Shown here one piece after another: positions 23,709 to 34,145 of a stretch of DNA of 64,000 bases. The position numbers were made by a program, and so were the translations under genes. The stretch's first letter is position 1; every line of letters begins with the position of its first letter. Under the pieces are notes generated by a model. That model saw nothing but the letters and a program-made list of their open reading frames with translations. It did no database searches and was not told the DNA's origin. The DNA comes from an uncultured Planctomycetota bacterium (lineage in GTDB: Bacteria; Planctomycetota; Planctomycetia; Isosphaerales; Isosphaeraceae): the NCBI GenBank assembly GCA_963845755.1, contig CAWJTV010000005.1, positions 288,001-352,000 of the forward strand, in the 5' to 3' direction.

Positions 23709-25331
23709 ATGGCAGGGATGCAAGCGGGCTTGGCGGGAGTTGGAGTTACGGCACAGACCGAGGCGCTGGGCGACGCGTTCAATTCGCCCACATCGCTCCG
23801 AGCGCGGACGATCAACTTCTCGCTGGAAAACCGATACGCGGAGTCCGAGGCCTGTGCGCGCGAGGCGCTACGACTCTGGCCGGATGATATCGATATGCTG
23901 AACGCGCTCGGCGTAGCCGTCTGGCGCCAGGGCCGGCCCGACGAGGCTGTCGAGATCTGCGAAAGTGCCCATCGGATCAAGCCGGATGACTTCCGGGTCT
24001 TGACCAATCTCGGGCTGGTCCACCTTGAGCAGCAGCGCAATGTCGAGGCTGCCGACTGCTTCCGGGCTGCGCTCCGGGTTCAACCCAAAGCCTTCGACCC
24101 ACAGATGAACCTGGGTATCGCGCTATCAAATCAGGGAAACTTCGACGAGGCAATGGGCTGGCTCGATTCGGCGCTAAGGATTCGGCCCGACTCGTTCGAT
24201 GCCCTTCAAAACGTCGGGATGAACTTCGGTCGGATGGGACGGATCGACGAGGCGATCGATTTTTTTGAGAGGGCCCTCCAGCAGCGTCCTGATTTCGCCG
24301 AAATCCATCGCAATCTGGGCTATATGCTACTCCAACTCGGTGATTATCAGCGCGGCTGGGCGGAGCACGAATGGCGCTTGACCTGCAAACCCCATCACGG
24401 CTGCCGCGTCAACCGCACTTTCTGGAATGGCGATGATTTCCGCGATCAGACGATTCTGCTCCACTTCGAGCAGGGGTATGGGGATACCTTGCAATTCATC
24501 CGCTTTGCACCGATGGTCAAGCGGCGAGGGGGCCAAGTCCTGGTGATCTGCCAGGCCCCGCTACTCCGGCTGGTTGCTCGCTGCCCGGGGGTCAACCTGG
24601 CGTTCGACGGCTCGGTTTATGAACCCGCATGTCACATCCAGGCGCCGTTGATGAGCCTCCCGTCGATCTTCGGCACGACCCTTGACACGATCCCCGCCAC
24701 GGTGCCCTATCTCACTGTCAACCCGGTGCTCTTGGATCACTGGGGATCGATCGTGTCGCGGACGCTGGGTTCGGAAGGGGCCACGGAGCCGGGTGCACCC
24801 GTAGGATCCCGCTCTTCACGACCGGGTCGGCCCATGTTGATCGGGATCGCCTGGCGAGGCAACCCCGGCAACCAGTTGGACCAATGGCGTTCGTTCCCGC
24901 TAACTCAGTTCGCTCCCCTGGCCGAATTACCCGGTGTCCGGTTCATAAGCTTGCAGGTCGCCCATGGCTCGGAGGAGCTGGCGAACCTGAATGGCCGGTT
25001 TCCGGTCATCGAACTACCCGGCCGTCGCGGGCTCGACTTCAGCGAGACCGCGGCGATCATGTCCCACCTCGACCTGGTGATCGCGCCGTGTACAGCCGTG
25101 GCGCACCTGGCCGGAGCGCTGGGCGTGCCCACGTGGGTCCCCCTCTGCCACATCGGTGATTGGCGGTGGTTGAGAGGACGCGACGATAGCCCGTGGTATC
25201 CCACCATGCGATTGTTCCGCCAGTCCAGACTCGACGAGTGGGAGAGTGTCTTCCGTCGCATGGCCGACGCCCTGAAGCTCGAGCTGGAGCGCACGGGCCG
25301 CGGGCCGCGCGTGACCTTATCAGCGGGTTAG
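23709..25331 (+). CDS. TPR-repeat glycosyltransferase (GT9-like C-terminus)
   Basis: Several TPRs, then GWAEHEWR, EQGYGDTLQFIRF, GIAWRGNP, DFSETAA, TAVAHLAGALG, DWRW, SPWYPTMRLFRQ. Confidence 0.9.
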   Translation: MAGMQAGLAGVGVTAQTEALGDAFNSPTSLRARTINFSLENRYAESEACAREALRLWPDDIDMLNALGVAVWRQGRPDEAVEICESAHRIKPDDFRVLTNLGLVHLEQQRNVEAADCFRAALRVQPKAFDPQMNLGIALSNQGNFDEAMGWLDSALRIRPDSFDALQNVGMNFGRMGRIDEAIDFFERALQQRPDFAEIHRNLGYMLLQLGDYQRGWAEHEWRLTCKPHHGCRVNRTFWNGDDFRDQTILLHFEQGYGDTLQFIRFAPMVKRRGGQVLVICQAPLLRLVARCPGVNLAFDGSVYEPACHIQAPLMSLPSIFGTTLDTIPATVPYLTVNPVLLDHWGSIVSRTLGSEGATEPGAPVGSRSSRPGRPMLIGIAWRGNPGNQLDQWRSFPLTQFAPLAELPGVRFISLQVAHGSEELANLNGRFPVIELPGRRGLDFSETAAIMSHLDLVIAPCTAVAHLAGALGVPTWVPLCHIGDWRWLRGRDDSPWYPTMRLFRQSRLDEWESVFRRMADALKLELERTGRGPRVTLSAG

Positions 25332-26803
25332 TGGATACAGGTTGAGGTGCTCCATCGCATCCAGGATCCAGGGGTGGCTCCAGGGGTTACGGATCGCATA
25401 TCCGACCGAGAGGCAAGAGATCGCCAGGGCCAGCAGGGCCAGGTTGCGTACCCAGCCACGCGTCTGGCCACCTTCTACACCTCGGGGAAGCATTAGCAGC
25501 CAGAATGGGATCAGCCACATGACCCACCGCAGTCCCTGGGCCGATCCGCCATAATTGCGCACCTTGGGAGTCCAGGTGTAGAAGCCCAGAAGGACGACCG
25601 TGAGCACGACCGTCATCCCGGCGACCATCATCATCGGTTCCCGCCAGCCCGTCCCGGATCGTCCACGACCGAGGAGCAGCCGGACCGCGCCCCAGGCCGA
25701 GAAGAGGAAGAGCGGTGTCAGCGAGAAGATCCCGTGGTGCCCGAACGTCATGTGGAACAGGTAGACGCCTTTCGGCTCGGGGTACTTGTTGAACGCGTCC
25801 AGTTCCAGCGGGGTCAGCCAGAAGCTGCCTTCGTAGCTATATTCTTTCGAACCGAACGACTCGTAAGGCAGGTAGAACTCGCCGAATTCGATGTACTGCA
25901 GAGCTACGAAGGCGGCCAGTGGAACGATCGCCGCGGGCAAGAAAAACCGGAGCGTTTGCCTGGGAAAACGGACCAACAGCAGCGGGCCCAGCAGCGCCGG
26001 GAACGCCAGCGCGGGCAGCTCGGTCGAACGCTGTGAACCCGGCGAAAAAGCCGGCTGTCGCAAATCGCCATCCGGAGAGTCCATCGTCGTCCCAGATTCG
26101 CAGGAACTGGTAAAGTGCGAAGAAGGCGCTGAAGGCTCCGACCGTATGATTATTCAGGGTCTGAGTATACGGCAGGAGATATGTGCCGAAGGCCGCGGCG
26201 AGCATGCAGAAGAACCAGGTCCAGTCGTTTACCTGGTGCTGATCGAGTACGCGCGCGAAGAGGATCAGGAAGATGCCGAATGGGATTACGTTTAAGAGGA
26301 TGAGGATCGGCTTGAAGTAGAAGATGTAGGCCGGCCAAATCACAGGATCCTTGGGCGTCTCGAGCACGCCCGTGAACTTGCCCGGGTGGTCAGGGTCGGG
26401 CTTTTGGGTCCAGCGCTCAGCCCTCTCCTGGAGTACAACGTGATTGAGCGGGACAGCCGTCATCCGCCGCACTGGATAGAGGATCCCCGCGATCAGGGTC
26501 GAGATCAGGGCAGGCTTGCTTGAATAGAAGTGTTTGGTAGCCGGATTCTCTCCGCCGCCCTTCGGTGCGCCGCTCGACCTTGTCCTGAGTCTGGGTCTGC
26601 CAGGGACACTCGTCGATGGCATAAGTGCCGCGCTCGAGCAGGCTCCAGACGGTGCACCACCGGGAGATGTCATTGGCCGTCATGAAAGCTGGCTGACGTA
26701 GCGTATGGCCAATCGCGAACGCGGTCGCCACCGTGATGACGATCAGGGCCGCGAACCGCCGTGCGTCCGAACGCCGCGGTGTCCCTTCGTCTTCGACCTT
26801 CAT
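25320..26803 (-). CDS. Polytopic membrane protein, GT-C/ArnT-like candidate (two apparent indels)
   Basis: Three consecutive ORF pieces: ANDISRWCTVWSL, HFYSSKP, TLNNH, GIFSLTP, NYGG...GLRW; downstream of a GT2 gene. Confidence 0.7.
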
Positions 26804-27819
26804 ACCTCATCCTCGCGAGTTCGCTGGGGGAGTGCGGCTCCCTCCGCGACGGCGGAGAGGGGTTCGGACGGAGCCGCGCTCTCCCGGGTCGGGATCTTGT
26901 CAACCACGCTGTAGGTATCCTCGGGCCGGATATTGTAGGCGGTGACCAGCTCTGCGAGGATACCCAGGCTCAAGAGCTGCATGCCGACACTCACGAAGGC
27001 CCCGGAATAATACAGGAGCGGACGCGTACCGATGGGCTCGTGTTTCGGATCGAGCCAGATGATGGCCAGGTAGAGCATCCCCAGGCCCCCGATTCCCAGG
27101 AGGGCCAGGCCGAAACCACCCAACACGTGGAGGGGTCGCTGGCTGAAGCGGGTCAAGAAGCGAACGGTCAAGAGGTCGAGAAATCCCTTGACCAACCGCG
27201 AGACGCCATATTTCGACGTCCCATGCTGACGGGGTCGGTGCTGGACCACGACCTCGCCGACCCGGAAGCCGCGGGCGTGCGCCAGCACCGGAATGAATCG
27301 GTGTAGCTCGCCATAGATGCCAATCTCGTCAAGCACGGCTCGGCGATAGACCTTGAACCCGCAGTTGTGGTCGTGCAGATAACAGCCGGTCAGGCGGCTG
27401 ACCATCCAGTTGAAGACCCGGCTCGGATAGACCTTGTGCCAGGGATCGTACCGGGTCTTCTTCCAGCCACTGATCACGTCGTAGCCGCGGTCGAGTTCGG
27501 CCAGGAACCGGGGGATCTCGACAGGGTCGTCCTGGAGGTCGCCATCAAGTGTAAACACAACCTCACCCCGAGCAGCCTGGAATCCGGCCACCAGTGCCGC
27601 CGCCTTGCCGAAGTTGCGGCGGAACCGGATCGCACCGACCCTTGGATCACTTCGAGCCAGCTTGGTCAGGATGCTCCAGGAACCGTCGCGACTTCCATCA
27701 TCCACGAAGAGAAACTCCGCCGGGCCGTTCGCGGCACCAGCGAACACCGTCGCCAGCTCCTCGTGGAGCGCGGTCAGACTTCCCTCCTCATTGTGGACTG
27801 GTATAACGACGCTGATCAT
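26800..27819 (-). CDS. GT2 polyprenyl-phosphate glycosyltransferase (ArnC/DPM-like)
   Basis: ISVVIPVHNE, VDDGSRD, RNFGKAAAL, DGDLQDDP, DHNCGFK, LHRFIP; two C-terminal TM helices. Confidence 0.93.
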   Translation of the reverse strand: MISVVIPVHNEEGSLTALHEELATVFAGAANGPAEFLFVDDGSRDGSWSILTKLARSDPRVGAIRFRRNFGKAAALVAGFQAARGEVVFTLDGDLQDDPVEIPRFLAELDRGYDVISGWKKTRYDPWHKVYPSRVFNWMVSRLTGCYLHDHNCGFKVYRRAVLDEIGIYGELHRFIPVLAHARGFRVGEVVVQHRPRQHGTSKYGVSRLVKGFLDLLTVRFLTRFSQRPLHVLGGFGLALLGIGGLGMLYLAIIWLDPKHEPIGTRPLLYYSGAFVSVGMQLLSLGILAELVTAYNIRPEDTYSVVDKIPTRESAAPSEPLSAVAEGAALPQRTREDEV

Positions 27820-28856
27820 GACGAGCTCGACCCTACCTCCAGAGACTTCGTGGCGGGTTTGCTCCCATGGCGGAAAAACGGAACCAGGATCAGTGCGGCG
27901 GCCAGTTCGGCGCCCACCCAGACCAGTCGTAGCATGAGCGCAGCGACGACCGAACGCTCTGAGCCCAGTACCGGGGCCAGGGCCGACATCAACACCCCCT
28001 CGCGCACGCCCAGTCCGCCGGGCAAAACGGCCACCACGAACCCGGCGACTGTCGCCAGCGCCACGCTGGCGATCAAGATGGGTATCATGCCCAGCGAGAC
28101 GAGGTCCCTAGCACCCTCGGGATCGAATGCCCGTACCACCGCGAGCTGGCTCAGACCGAGCAAGACCCAGCCGGCCGTCAACCACAATAGCCCGTGGACA
28201 AGCAATCGCATCGAGAGCCGCGGTAGTGCCTCCGGGCCCACTCCCGCGAGGGGAGCGCTCACCAAACCGGCGATCCGGACGAACACTCCCGGCAAGACCA
28301 CCACCAGGAAACCCGCGCCCAGCCCAAGGCCAGCCAGTGCCGCTAACCGAAAGACGGGAAAGTCCAAGGTTCCCACGCCCGGCAATGCGAGGTGGGTTCG
28401 ATCCGTTCCGGTCGCCGAGGCAAATCCAGCCGCCGCGATCAAACCGCCCGACGCCATCATCACCAGCGTCTCATAGAATGTCGCGATCGCTGCTGTCAAC
28501 GCCCGAGAACCGAACGGGACCACCATCCCCGTCCTTACGACCACGACCATCGCCTTGCCCGGGACGTACTTTCCCAGGTGGCTCACCAGGTAAGCCCGCA
28601 GTGCCGGGACCAGTCTCACGGGCGCCGGGCCGGCATGGAGGATCCGCTCGAAGAACCGTCCATATGCCGATAGACCGGCGAGGTACAGGACGCCGGATCC
28701 CACCAACCAGAGCGGATCGAACCGGATCGCAAATCGCCGATCGCCCAGGTCGTTCCACGTGCGCAGCACATGGCGCCCGACGGACCACAGCACCACGACC
28801 GCCACGATCAATTTCACGACCGCGATCGTCCAGCGCTTCCAGCGGGGCCGAGCCAT
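27816..28856 (-). CDS. Lysylphosphatidylglycerol synthase TM-domain (flippase-like) protein
   Basis: LGKYVPGK, PGGLGVREG, multiple TM helices. Confidence 0.85.
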   Translation of the reverse strand: MARPRWKRWTIAVVKLIVAVVVLWSVGRHVLRTWNDLGDRRFAIRFDPLWLVGSGVLYLAGLSAYGRFFERILHAGPAPVRLVPALRAYLVSHLGKYVPGKAMVVVVRTGMVVPFGSRALTAAIATFYETLVMMASGGLIAAAGFASATGTDRTHLALPGVGTLDFPVFRLAALAGLGLGAGFLVVVLPGVFVRIAGLVSAPLAGVGPEALPRLSMRLLVHGLLWLTAGWVLLGLSQLAVVRAFDPEGARDLVSLGMIPILIASVALATVAGFVVAVLPGGLGVREGVLMSALAPVLGSERSVVAALMLRLVWVGAELAAALILVPFFRHGSKPATKSLEVGSSSS

Positions 28857-29069
28857 GCACGAATCTCCGGTTCGACCTCGCGGCAATTGGGGCGTGGTGT
28901 CAGCCGAGGAACCCGACGGCCTCGAACGCGCAGCCGGGCGGTCACGCTAACCTTCTTCATTCCATCGGGATGCGATCCCAAAGTAACGCCCCAACCGCGA
29001 GCGAGCAAGAGGAGCCACCGAAGCCTATCTCATGCCGCGTCTCTCTCGTTTCTTCTTTGACAAACGTCG

Positions 29070-29098
29070 TTGACCGGTATGTCTCCGGCGATTACGCT
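29070..29098 (+). promoter_or_regulatory. Putative sigma70 promoter for the tandem hypothetical genes
   Basis: TTGACC-17 nt-TACGCT. Confidence 0.4.
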
Positions 29099-29153
29099 AA
29101 AGTCTCCGATCGGGAGGCGAGTTGAAACCTGGGTCCGAATGAGAGGCACAAGG

Positions 29154-30548
29154 ATGACGCGTCTGGCGGGTGTGCGCCGCAGCTTTCCCACACTGACCAT
29201 GCCGTTTCGATGGATCGCGAAGAGCCGGCGGCGGATCTGGATCGCGGGTTTCATGGTGCTGGCGATGATCGTGGGGCCGCCCGTGTGGTGGACGATGCAG
29301 CTCCTGGGCTTGCCGGATGTCGGCGCCCCTTTCGACATCCCGGAGTTCCGGGCATTCACCATTCCGGATGACCGCAATGCCTACGTCCTGTATCAACAGG
29401 CGGCGACTTTGCTCAAGCCGTGGGATCAGTTCGGCAAAACCGCGGGCAATTCGGTCACTCCCAGCTCGACGCGTCGGATGACTCTGGCTCGCTGGTCAAC
29501 GGCGATCCCGGAGCTCCGCGAATGGGCCGAGCAGAATCGCAAGGCGCTGACCGTATATCGCCAGGGCAGTGAACGGCCAGATGCGCTGGACACAATGCCC
29601 AAGTTCCAGGGATACCACACGGATCTCTGGAACATGGATGGGTCGCTCAGGTCTTTCGAGTTGCTGGCGCTGTTCGAGGCTTCGCGTCTCGAGGAACGAG
29701 GCGACATGGCCGGCGCCTGGGGCTGGTATCGCGCGGTCCTGCGCTCCATTCACCACGTCGGAATGCACGGTACAGTGTTTCGGCGCAACATTGCCCAGGG
29801 CTGGCACAACGATCTCCGGAACCGGTTGATCGCCTGGTCCGGCGATCCACGAACGACCCCCGCTCTGATCCGCCAGGCCGTGGATGACGTCGTCGCGTGC
29901 GAGTCGCTCGCTCCTTCGGAGTCGTATCTGCTCAAAGCAGAATACCTGGATGTGGACCCCTTGCTCGACCTCCCGAACGGACCGACGCGCGCACCGCCAG
30001 CCTCATGGTCGGTCCTCATTACGGCTTTCGACATCGGATTGACTCCCGAGTGGACGGAGACGATCTACGGCGCGTGGCGATCCTGGCGCCGCGAGCCCGA
30101 GCGAAGCCGGCGTGTGATGCGGCTGGCGTTCGCCAACTGGCTGGCGTATTACGAGACGCCTCCCGAGAAACGACCAAAGGCCGACCCCAATGGCTGGTTC
30201 ACTTTCGTCTTCTATCATTTCGGTCGTGAAGCGCCGGCGAACGCCCGCGCACTGTCGCCCCGGTCGCTAACCGGCTGGCTCGGTTCCACGATCGACGCCA
30301 ACTTCCTGTTCGGGAGCTGGGGCTGGACTGTAGTCCGCGCCACCGAACGGGCCAACTATCGGGCGTTGCTGATCCTGCTGGGTGAGGAACTCTACGTCCG
30401 CGACCATGGCGCCGGTCCTCCCACGCCCAATGCACTTGTCGGTCCCTACCTCAAAATCCTGCCGCACGACGTGGACGATGGGCTCGACCAGACCCTCCCG
30501 GTGTCTGGAAAGGCCGTGGACGAAGACTCCACTCCTGAAAGGGATTGA
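29154..30548 (+). CDS. Hypothetical membrane-anchored protein, paralog A
   Basis: Long ORF, one N-terminal TM, aligns by eye along its length with 30548-31912. Confidence 0.85.
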   Translation: MTRLAGVRRSFPTLTMPFRWIAKSRRRIWIAGFMVLAMIVGPPVWWTMQLLGLPDVGAPFDIPEFRAFTIPDDRNAYVLYQQAATLLKPWDQFGKTAGNSVTPSSTRRMTLARWSTAIPELREWAEQNRKALTVYRQGSERPDALDTMPKFQGYHTDLWNMDGSLRSFELLALFEASRLEERGDMAGAWGWYRAVLRSIHHVGMHGTVFRRNIAQGWHNDLRNRLIAWSGDPRTTPALIRQAVDDVVACESLAPSESYLLKAEYLDVDPLLDLPNGPTRAPPASWSVLITAFDIGLTPEWTETIYGAWRSWRREPERSRRVMRLAFANWLAYYETPPEKRPKADPNGWFTFVFYHFGREAPANARALSPRSLTGWLGSTIDANFLFGSWGWTVVRATERANYRALLILLGEELYVRDHGAGPPTPNALVGPYLKILPHDVDDGLDQTLPVSGKAVDEDSTPERD

Positions 30549-31912
30549 TGGCAATGACACATCTCGCGAATCTTCGTCGCAGCTTTCCAACCGTCTGGTT
30601 GATCGTGGCCCCGGTCCGATGGATCGGCAAGAGCCGACGGAGGATATGGTGCAGCATATTGACCCTGCTGGTGATTATAGCGGCCCCCCCGATCTGGTGG
30701 GCGACGCAGCTCTCGGGCCTGCCCGATATCGGCGATCCGTTCGACGTCAACGCGTTCCGCGAGATGACCATCCCGGACGACCGCAATGCCTTTGTTCTCT
30801 ACCGCCAAGCGGCCGCAGTGCTCAAGCTGTTGCGAACGCCCGAAGGGTCCGAGCACAGGCCGATCAACTATTCTGCCCGCTGGTCAGAGGCGAAGCCGGA
30901 GGACCGCCGCTGGCTCGAGGAGAACCGTGAGACATTGGCCTTGTACCGCCAGGGTGCCGAACGGCCCGATGCACTCGACACATCCACCGCGCCCGATCGC
31001 TTCGAACCCGGCGAGATGACCGAGAGCCTCCGGTCTTTTCAGTCCCTGGCTCTGCTCGAGGCGTCGCGCCTGGAAGAGCAAGGCGACATGGCCGGGGCCT
31101 GGGTCTGGCATCGAACGACGCTGCGTTCCATCCTCCAGTCGGCACTTCACGGAACCATCTATAGGCGACAGTGGGCCAGAGACTGGCGCAGGCAGCTTCT
31201 CCGTCAAGTGACGACCTGGGGCGCCGACTCGCGAACAACCCCCGCGATGCTCCGTCAGGCGATCTACGACGTGGTCGCCTGCGATTCGCTCGCCTCCTCG
31301 GAATCGTATTCGCTCAAAGCCCAATACCTGTTTCTGGACCGGGGGTTAGCCGATTCGGAGAACGCGCGCCGCCGCGTTCCTCCTTCGTGGCGACGGTTCC
31401 TTGGGTCTGCGGATTTCGAAATCGGTCCCGAGTTGTTAAAGGGCGTTTACCACGCCTGGCGAGCTTGGCGACGCGAACGTGAGCGAAACCAGCGGGAACT
31501 CCGGCTGGTAACGGCCAACTGGCTGGCGTATCTCGAGCTGCCCCCGAATCGACGACCAAGTCCCAATCCCAACGTCGTCAATTATGAACTCTATTCCTTC
31601 GGGCCCGAGGCGTCGGCGAAGGCTCGGATGTTGTCACCCCAGGCCCTGGACCGCTGGATTGAAACATCCTATGACGCCCTGGATCTTCTCCGCTTCCTCG
31701 ACTGGAGAGGACTGCAACAAATGCAGCGCGCAGACCATCAGGCGCTGTTGATCCTCCTGGGAACGCAGCTCTACCGCCGCGATCACGGGACCGATCCCCC
31801 GAGCCCCGAGGCGCTCGTTGGTCCGTATCTCGAGAGCCTGCCCGGCTTAGTCCCGGAAGGCGAGGAGGGTCAGACCACGCCGAAAGCTGGAAAAGCGTTA
31901 GAACGAGAGTGA
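30548..31912 (+). CDS. Hypothetical membrane-anchored protein, paralog B
   Basis: Start overlaps the paralog A stop (TGATG); shares GLPD.G.PFD, IPDDRNA, ERPDALDT, EASRLEE.GDMAGAW, ANWLAY, RDHG..PP.P.ALVGPYL. Confidence 0.85.
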   Translation: MAMTHLANLRRSFPTVWLIVAPVRWIGKSRRRIWCSILTLLVIIAAPPIWWATQLSGLPDIGDPFDVNAFREMTIPDDRNAFVLYRQAAAVLKLLRTPEGSEHRPINYSARWSEAKPEDRRWLEENRETLALYRQGAERPDALDTSTAPDRFEPGEMTESLRSFQSLALLEASRLEEQGDMAGAWVWHRTTLRSILQSALHGTIYRRQWARDWRRQLLRQVTTWGADSRTTPAMLRQAIYDVVACDSLASSESYSLKAQYLFLDRGLADSENARRRVPPSWRRFLGSADFEIGPELLKGVYHAWRAWRRERERNQRELRLVTANWLAYLELPPNRRPSPNPNVVNYELYSFGPEASAKARMLSPQALDRWIETSYDALDLLRFLDWRGLQQMQRADHQALLILLGTQLYRRDHGTDPPSPEALVGPYLESLPGLVPEGEEGQTTPKAGKALERE

Positions 31913-32111
31913 GGCGAGGAGTCACGAAGGAACTTATGGCGTGGGCTCCCATCGTAGAGCATATACGTGCTCTACCGGGACTATATGATTCGAGCCATGT
32001 CGAAGGACTTCGATACCGAGCCTGAATCGTGGACCATCGTCCATGGCCCGGATTCCTTGTTCTTGATATGAGGGCAGACCGGGCGCGAGCTGGGACGGAG
32101 CGACGGTACCC

Positions 32112-32657
32112 ATGGAGAAACTCGATCAGGATCGGAACTCGACCGAGAGACCCACTCACCCCGCAGCCCTCGATCCCGCGGTGCTGGCCGGGGAATGTGA
32201 GTTCCGGGCCACGCGCCGATCGGGGCCCGGCGGCCAGAATCGGAACAAGGTCGAGACGGCGGTAATCCTGACCCATCGGCCGACGGGCATCCGCGCCGAG
32301 GCGTCGGAACGGCGAACTCAGGGCGAGAATCGTGCAGCAGCCTTGTTTCGCCTGCGGATCGAATTGGCCCTGAGCATCCGCCGGCCCATCGCCGAAGTGA
32401 AGTTTCGCCCGAGCAAACTCTGGCAAGGACGCTGTCGGAGCGGACGCATCGTCGTGAATCCCGAGCACGAGGACTTTCCTGCACTTCTGGCAGAGGCGCT
32501 CGATGTCCTGCAGGCCGTCGTGGATGAGCCACGTGATGCGGCCGCGGTGCTAGGCTGCTCGCCGTCTCAGTTGATCAAACTGTTGAAAGAAGAACCCCGC
32601 GCGTGGGTTCACCTCAACACACGACGCCGACACGCCGGACGGCATCCTCTCCATTAA
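32112..32657 (+). CDS. Peptide chain release factor-like protein (GGQ domain)
   Basis: RRSGPGGQNRNKVETAV.LTH.PTGI...ASERRTQGENR; no stop-codon-reading domain. Confidence 0.9.
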   Translation: MEKLDQDRNSTERPTHPAALDPAVLAGECEFRATRRSGPGGQNRNKVETAVILTHRPTGIRAEASERRTQGENRAAALFRLRIELALSIRRPIAEVKFRPSKLWQGRCRSGRIVVNPEHEDFPALLAEALDVLQAVVDEPRDAAAVLGCSPSQLIKLLKEEPRAWVHLNTRRRHAGRHPLH

Positions 32658-32777
32658 TCGAAGGAGCTGCGAGTTGCGAGTGGAAACCTTGCTGGTGGCA
32701 TCCGTTAACTGACTCGCAACTCGCCGTTCGCCGTGCGGTGACAGGCTCGCGCCCGGCGCTGGTTTTACACGGGCTCG

Positions 32778-33149
32778 TTAGTGGCCGGAGCCGACAGCGC
32801 AGTCAGCTCCTCGGCGCTCAGATCTTCGAAGGCGCAGTCCTTGTCGCTCCAAACCATCCTTGAGTCGCAGGGCGATTTCTCCAAGTTCGGGCGAATCGAT
32901 CACGGCGGCCAGCTCGGCGAGCTCGGCCGGATCGAGGTCTCCCAGTTGCCGCCCCCACCGTGTGAGCTGCTGTTCCATCCGCAAGGCGGTTTCTTGGAGC
33001 TCGGCGTGAGTTTCGGCGGATCCGCCGAAGATCAGGCACTGGTCTCCGCGAGTCAAGCGGTTGTGGTCGTCGGCGTTGTCGAGGCCAAAACCGATCAGCG
33101 CGGCTCGGAGTCGGCGCGGCCGCGGGGTGGATTGCTGCGTCAGCGTCAT
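32778..33149 (-). CDS. Hypothetical protein
   Basis: LIGFGLDN.D.H.RLTRG....GGS.ETH..LQE pattern, which resembles a family I recall from Planctomycetes (unverified). Confidence 0.7.
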   Translation of the reverse strand: MTLTQQSTPRPRRLRAALIGFGLDNADDHNRLTRGDQCLIFGGSAETHAELQETALRMEQQLTRWGRQLGDLDPAELAELAAVIDSPELGEIALRLKDGLERQGLRLRRSERRGADCAVGSGH

Positions 33150-33329
33150 CGCGCAGTGGGCCTTTCTCTTGGGAGGTGCCGGAATCAACTGGCGTGCGAG
33201 CCGACCCTCGACCCGGACCACCGGCTCGGCCGGCTCGCCACGCGATTGTCTTATCGGATTCTCCCCGGCCCTCGAACAGCGCAGGTCGCGAGAATACCCT
33301 CTCGGCGAGGGTGGCGACCGGCAACGGTC

Positions 33330-33536
33330 TTACGATCCGCCCAGGCATTCCTTCGCGACGTTGCGGGCGACGCGATAAGCGGCCTTGATCGTGATCCCGC
33401 GGGCCTCGATCTGTTCCTCGCCGAAGAGCCGGCCCTCACTGGTGGGCAGCCCGGCAAGTGAAATGGTTAGTGGAAGTAAGTCGAGAAATTGCCGATACTT
33501 CTGTTGCAGATCAGCGGCGACTTGTTGATCGGCCAC
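33330..33536 (-). CDS. Small hypothetical protein (68 aa)
   Basis: GAGGAG SD before GTG; FLDLLPLTISLAGLP core. Confidence 0.75.
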   Translation of the reverse strand: MADQQVAADLQQKYRQFLDLLPLTISLAGLPTSEGRLFGEEQIEARGITIKAAYRVARNVAKECLGGS

Positions 33537-33845
33537 GGGTTTGGCTCCTCATTCCGTCGGTTCCAGGGAACGGGTTTTCTCGGGGAGGTCATTCGATCGG
33601 ATCGACTCGCGCCTGCAGCGGTAGGGCTCTCCGAGGACGGGATGAAACCTTATCGCTCAACGAGCCGTCTCAACCGACCGAATCCTCCTGTTAGACAGTC
33701 AGCGCGCCGGCCGGCATCGGAGCAAGACTCCGGGGCATTTTCGCGGCGATGTGAGCCGACTGACGTCTCTCCTACTCCCAAGGTCCCTCAAGTCAGTTCA
33801 CGAGTCAGAAAAAGTGAACCAACCCAAGAATCGGCCATATTCGCT

Positions 33846-33874
33846 TTGACGAACCCGGGTTAAACGGATAGGAT
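33846..33874 (+). promoter_or_regulatory. Putative sigma70 promoter upstream of the DEAD-box helicase
   Basis: TTGACG-17 nt-TAGGAT. Confidence 0.5.
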
Positions 33875-34145
33875 GAGATGAGCTATTACGTTGTTGCCAA
33901 AATCAGGATGGGCCAACGCGACGGGTTCCGCTCCAAGACGGGCGCTACCCGAGGTACGGCCCCCCGATGATCCCGGTTGGAAGGATCGAACCGCACATCC
34001 GCGGTTCTCCTCACAGGCCCGATCGGCTCCAACCGGTCCAGGACGGGATGACCACCCGGCACCGTTTCATCGGGCTCACGGCCTGATCCACGCTCATCAC
34101 ACAGTCGGTCAGACGGATTCTCAGACAATGTTCTCGGAGGGTTGA

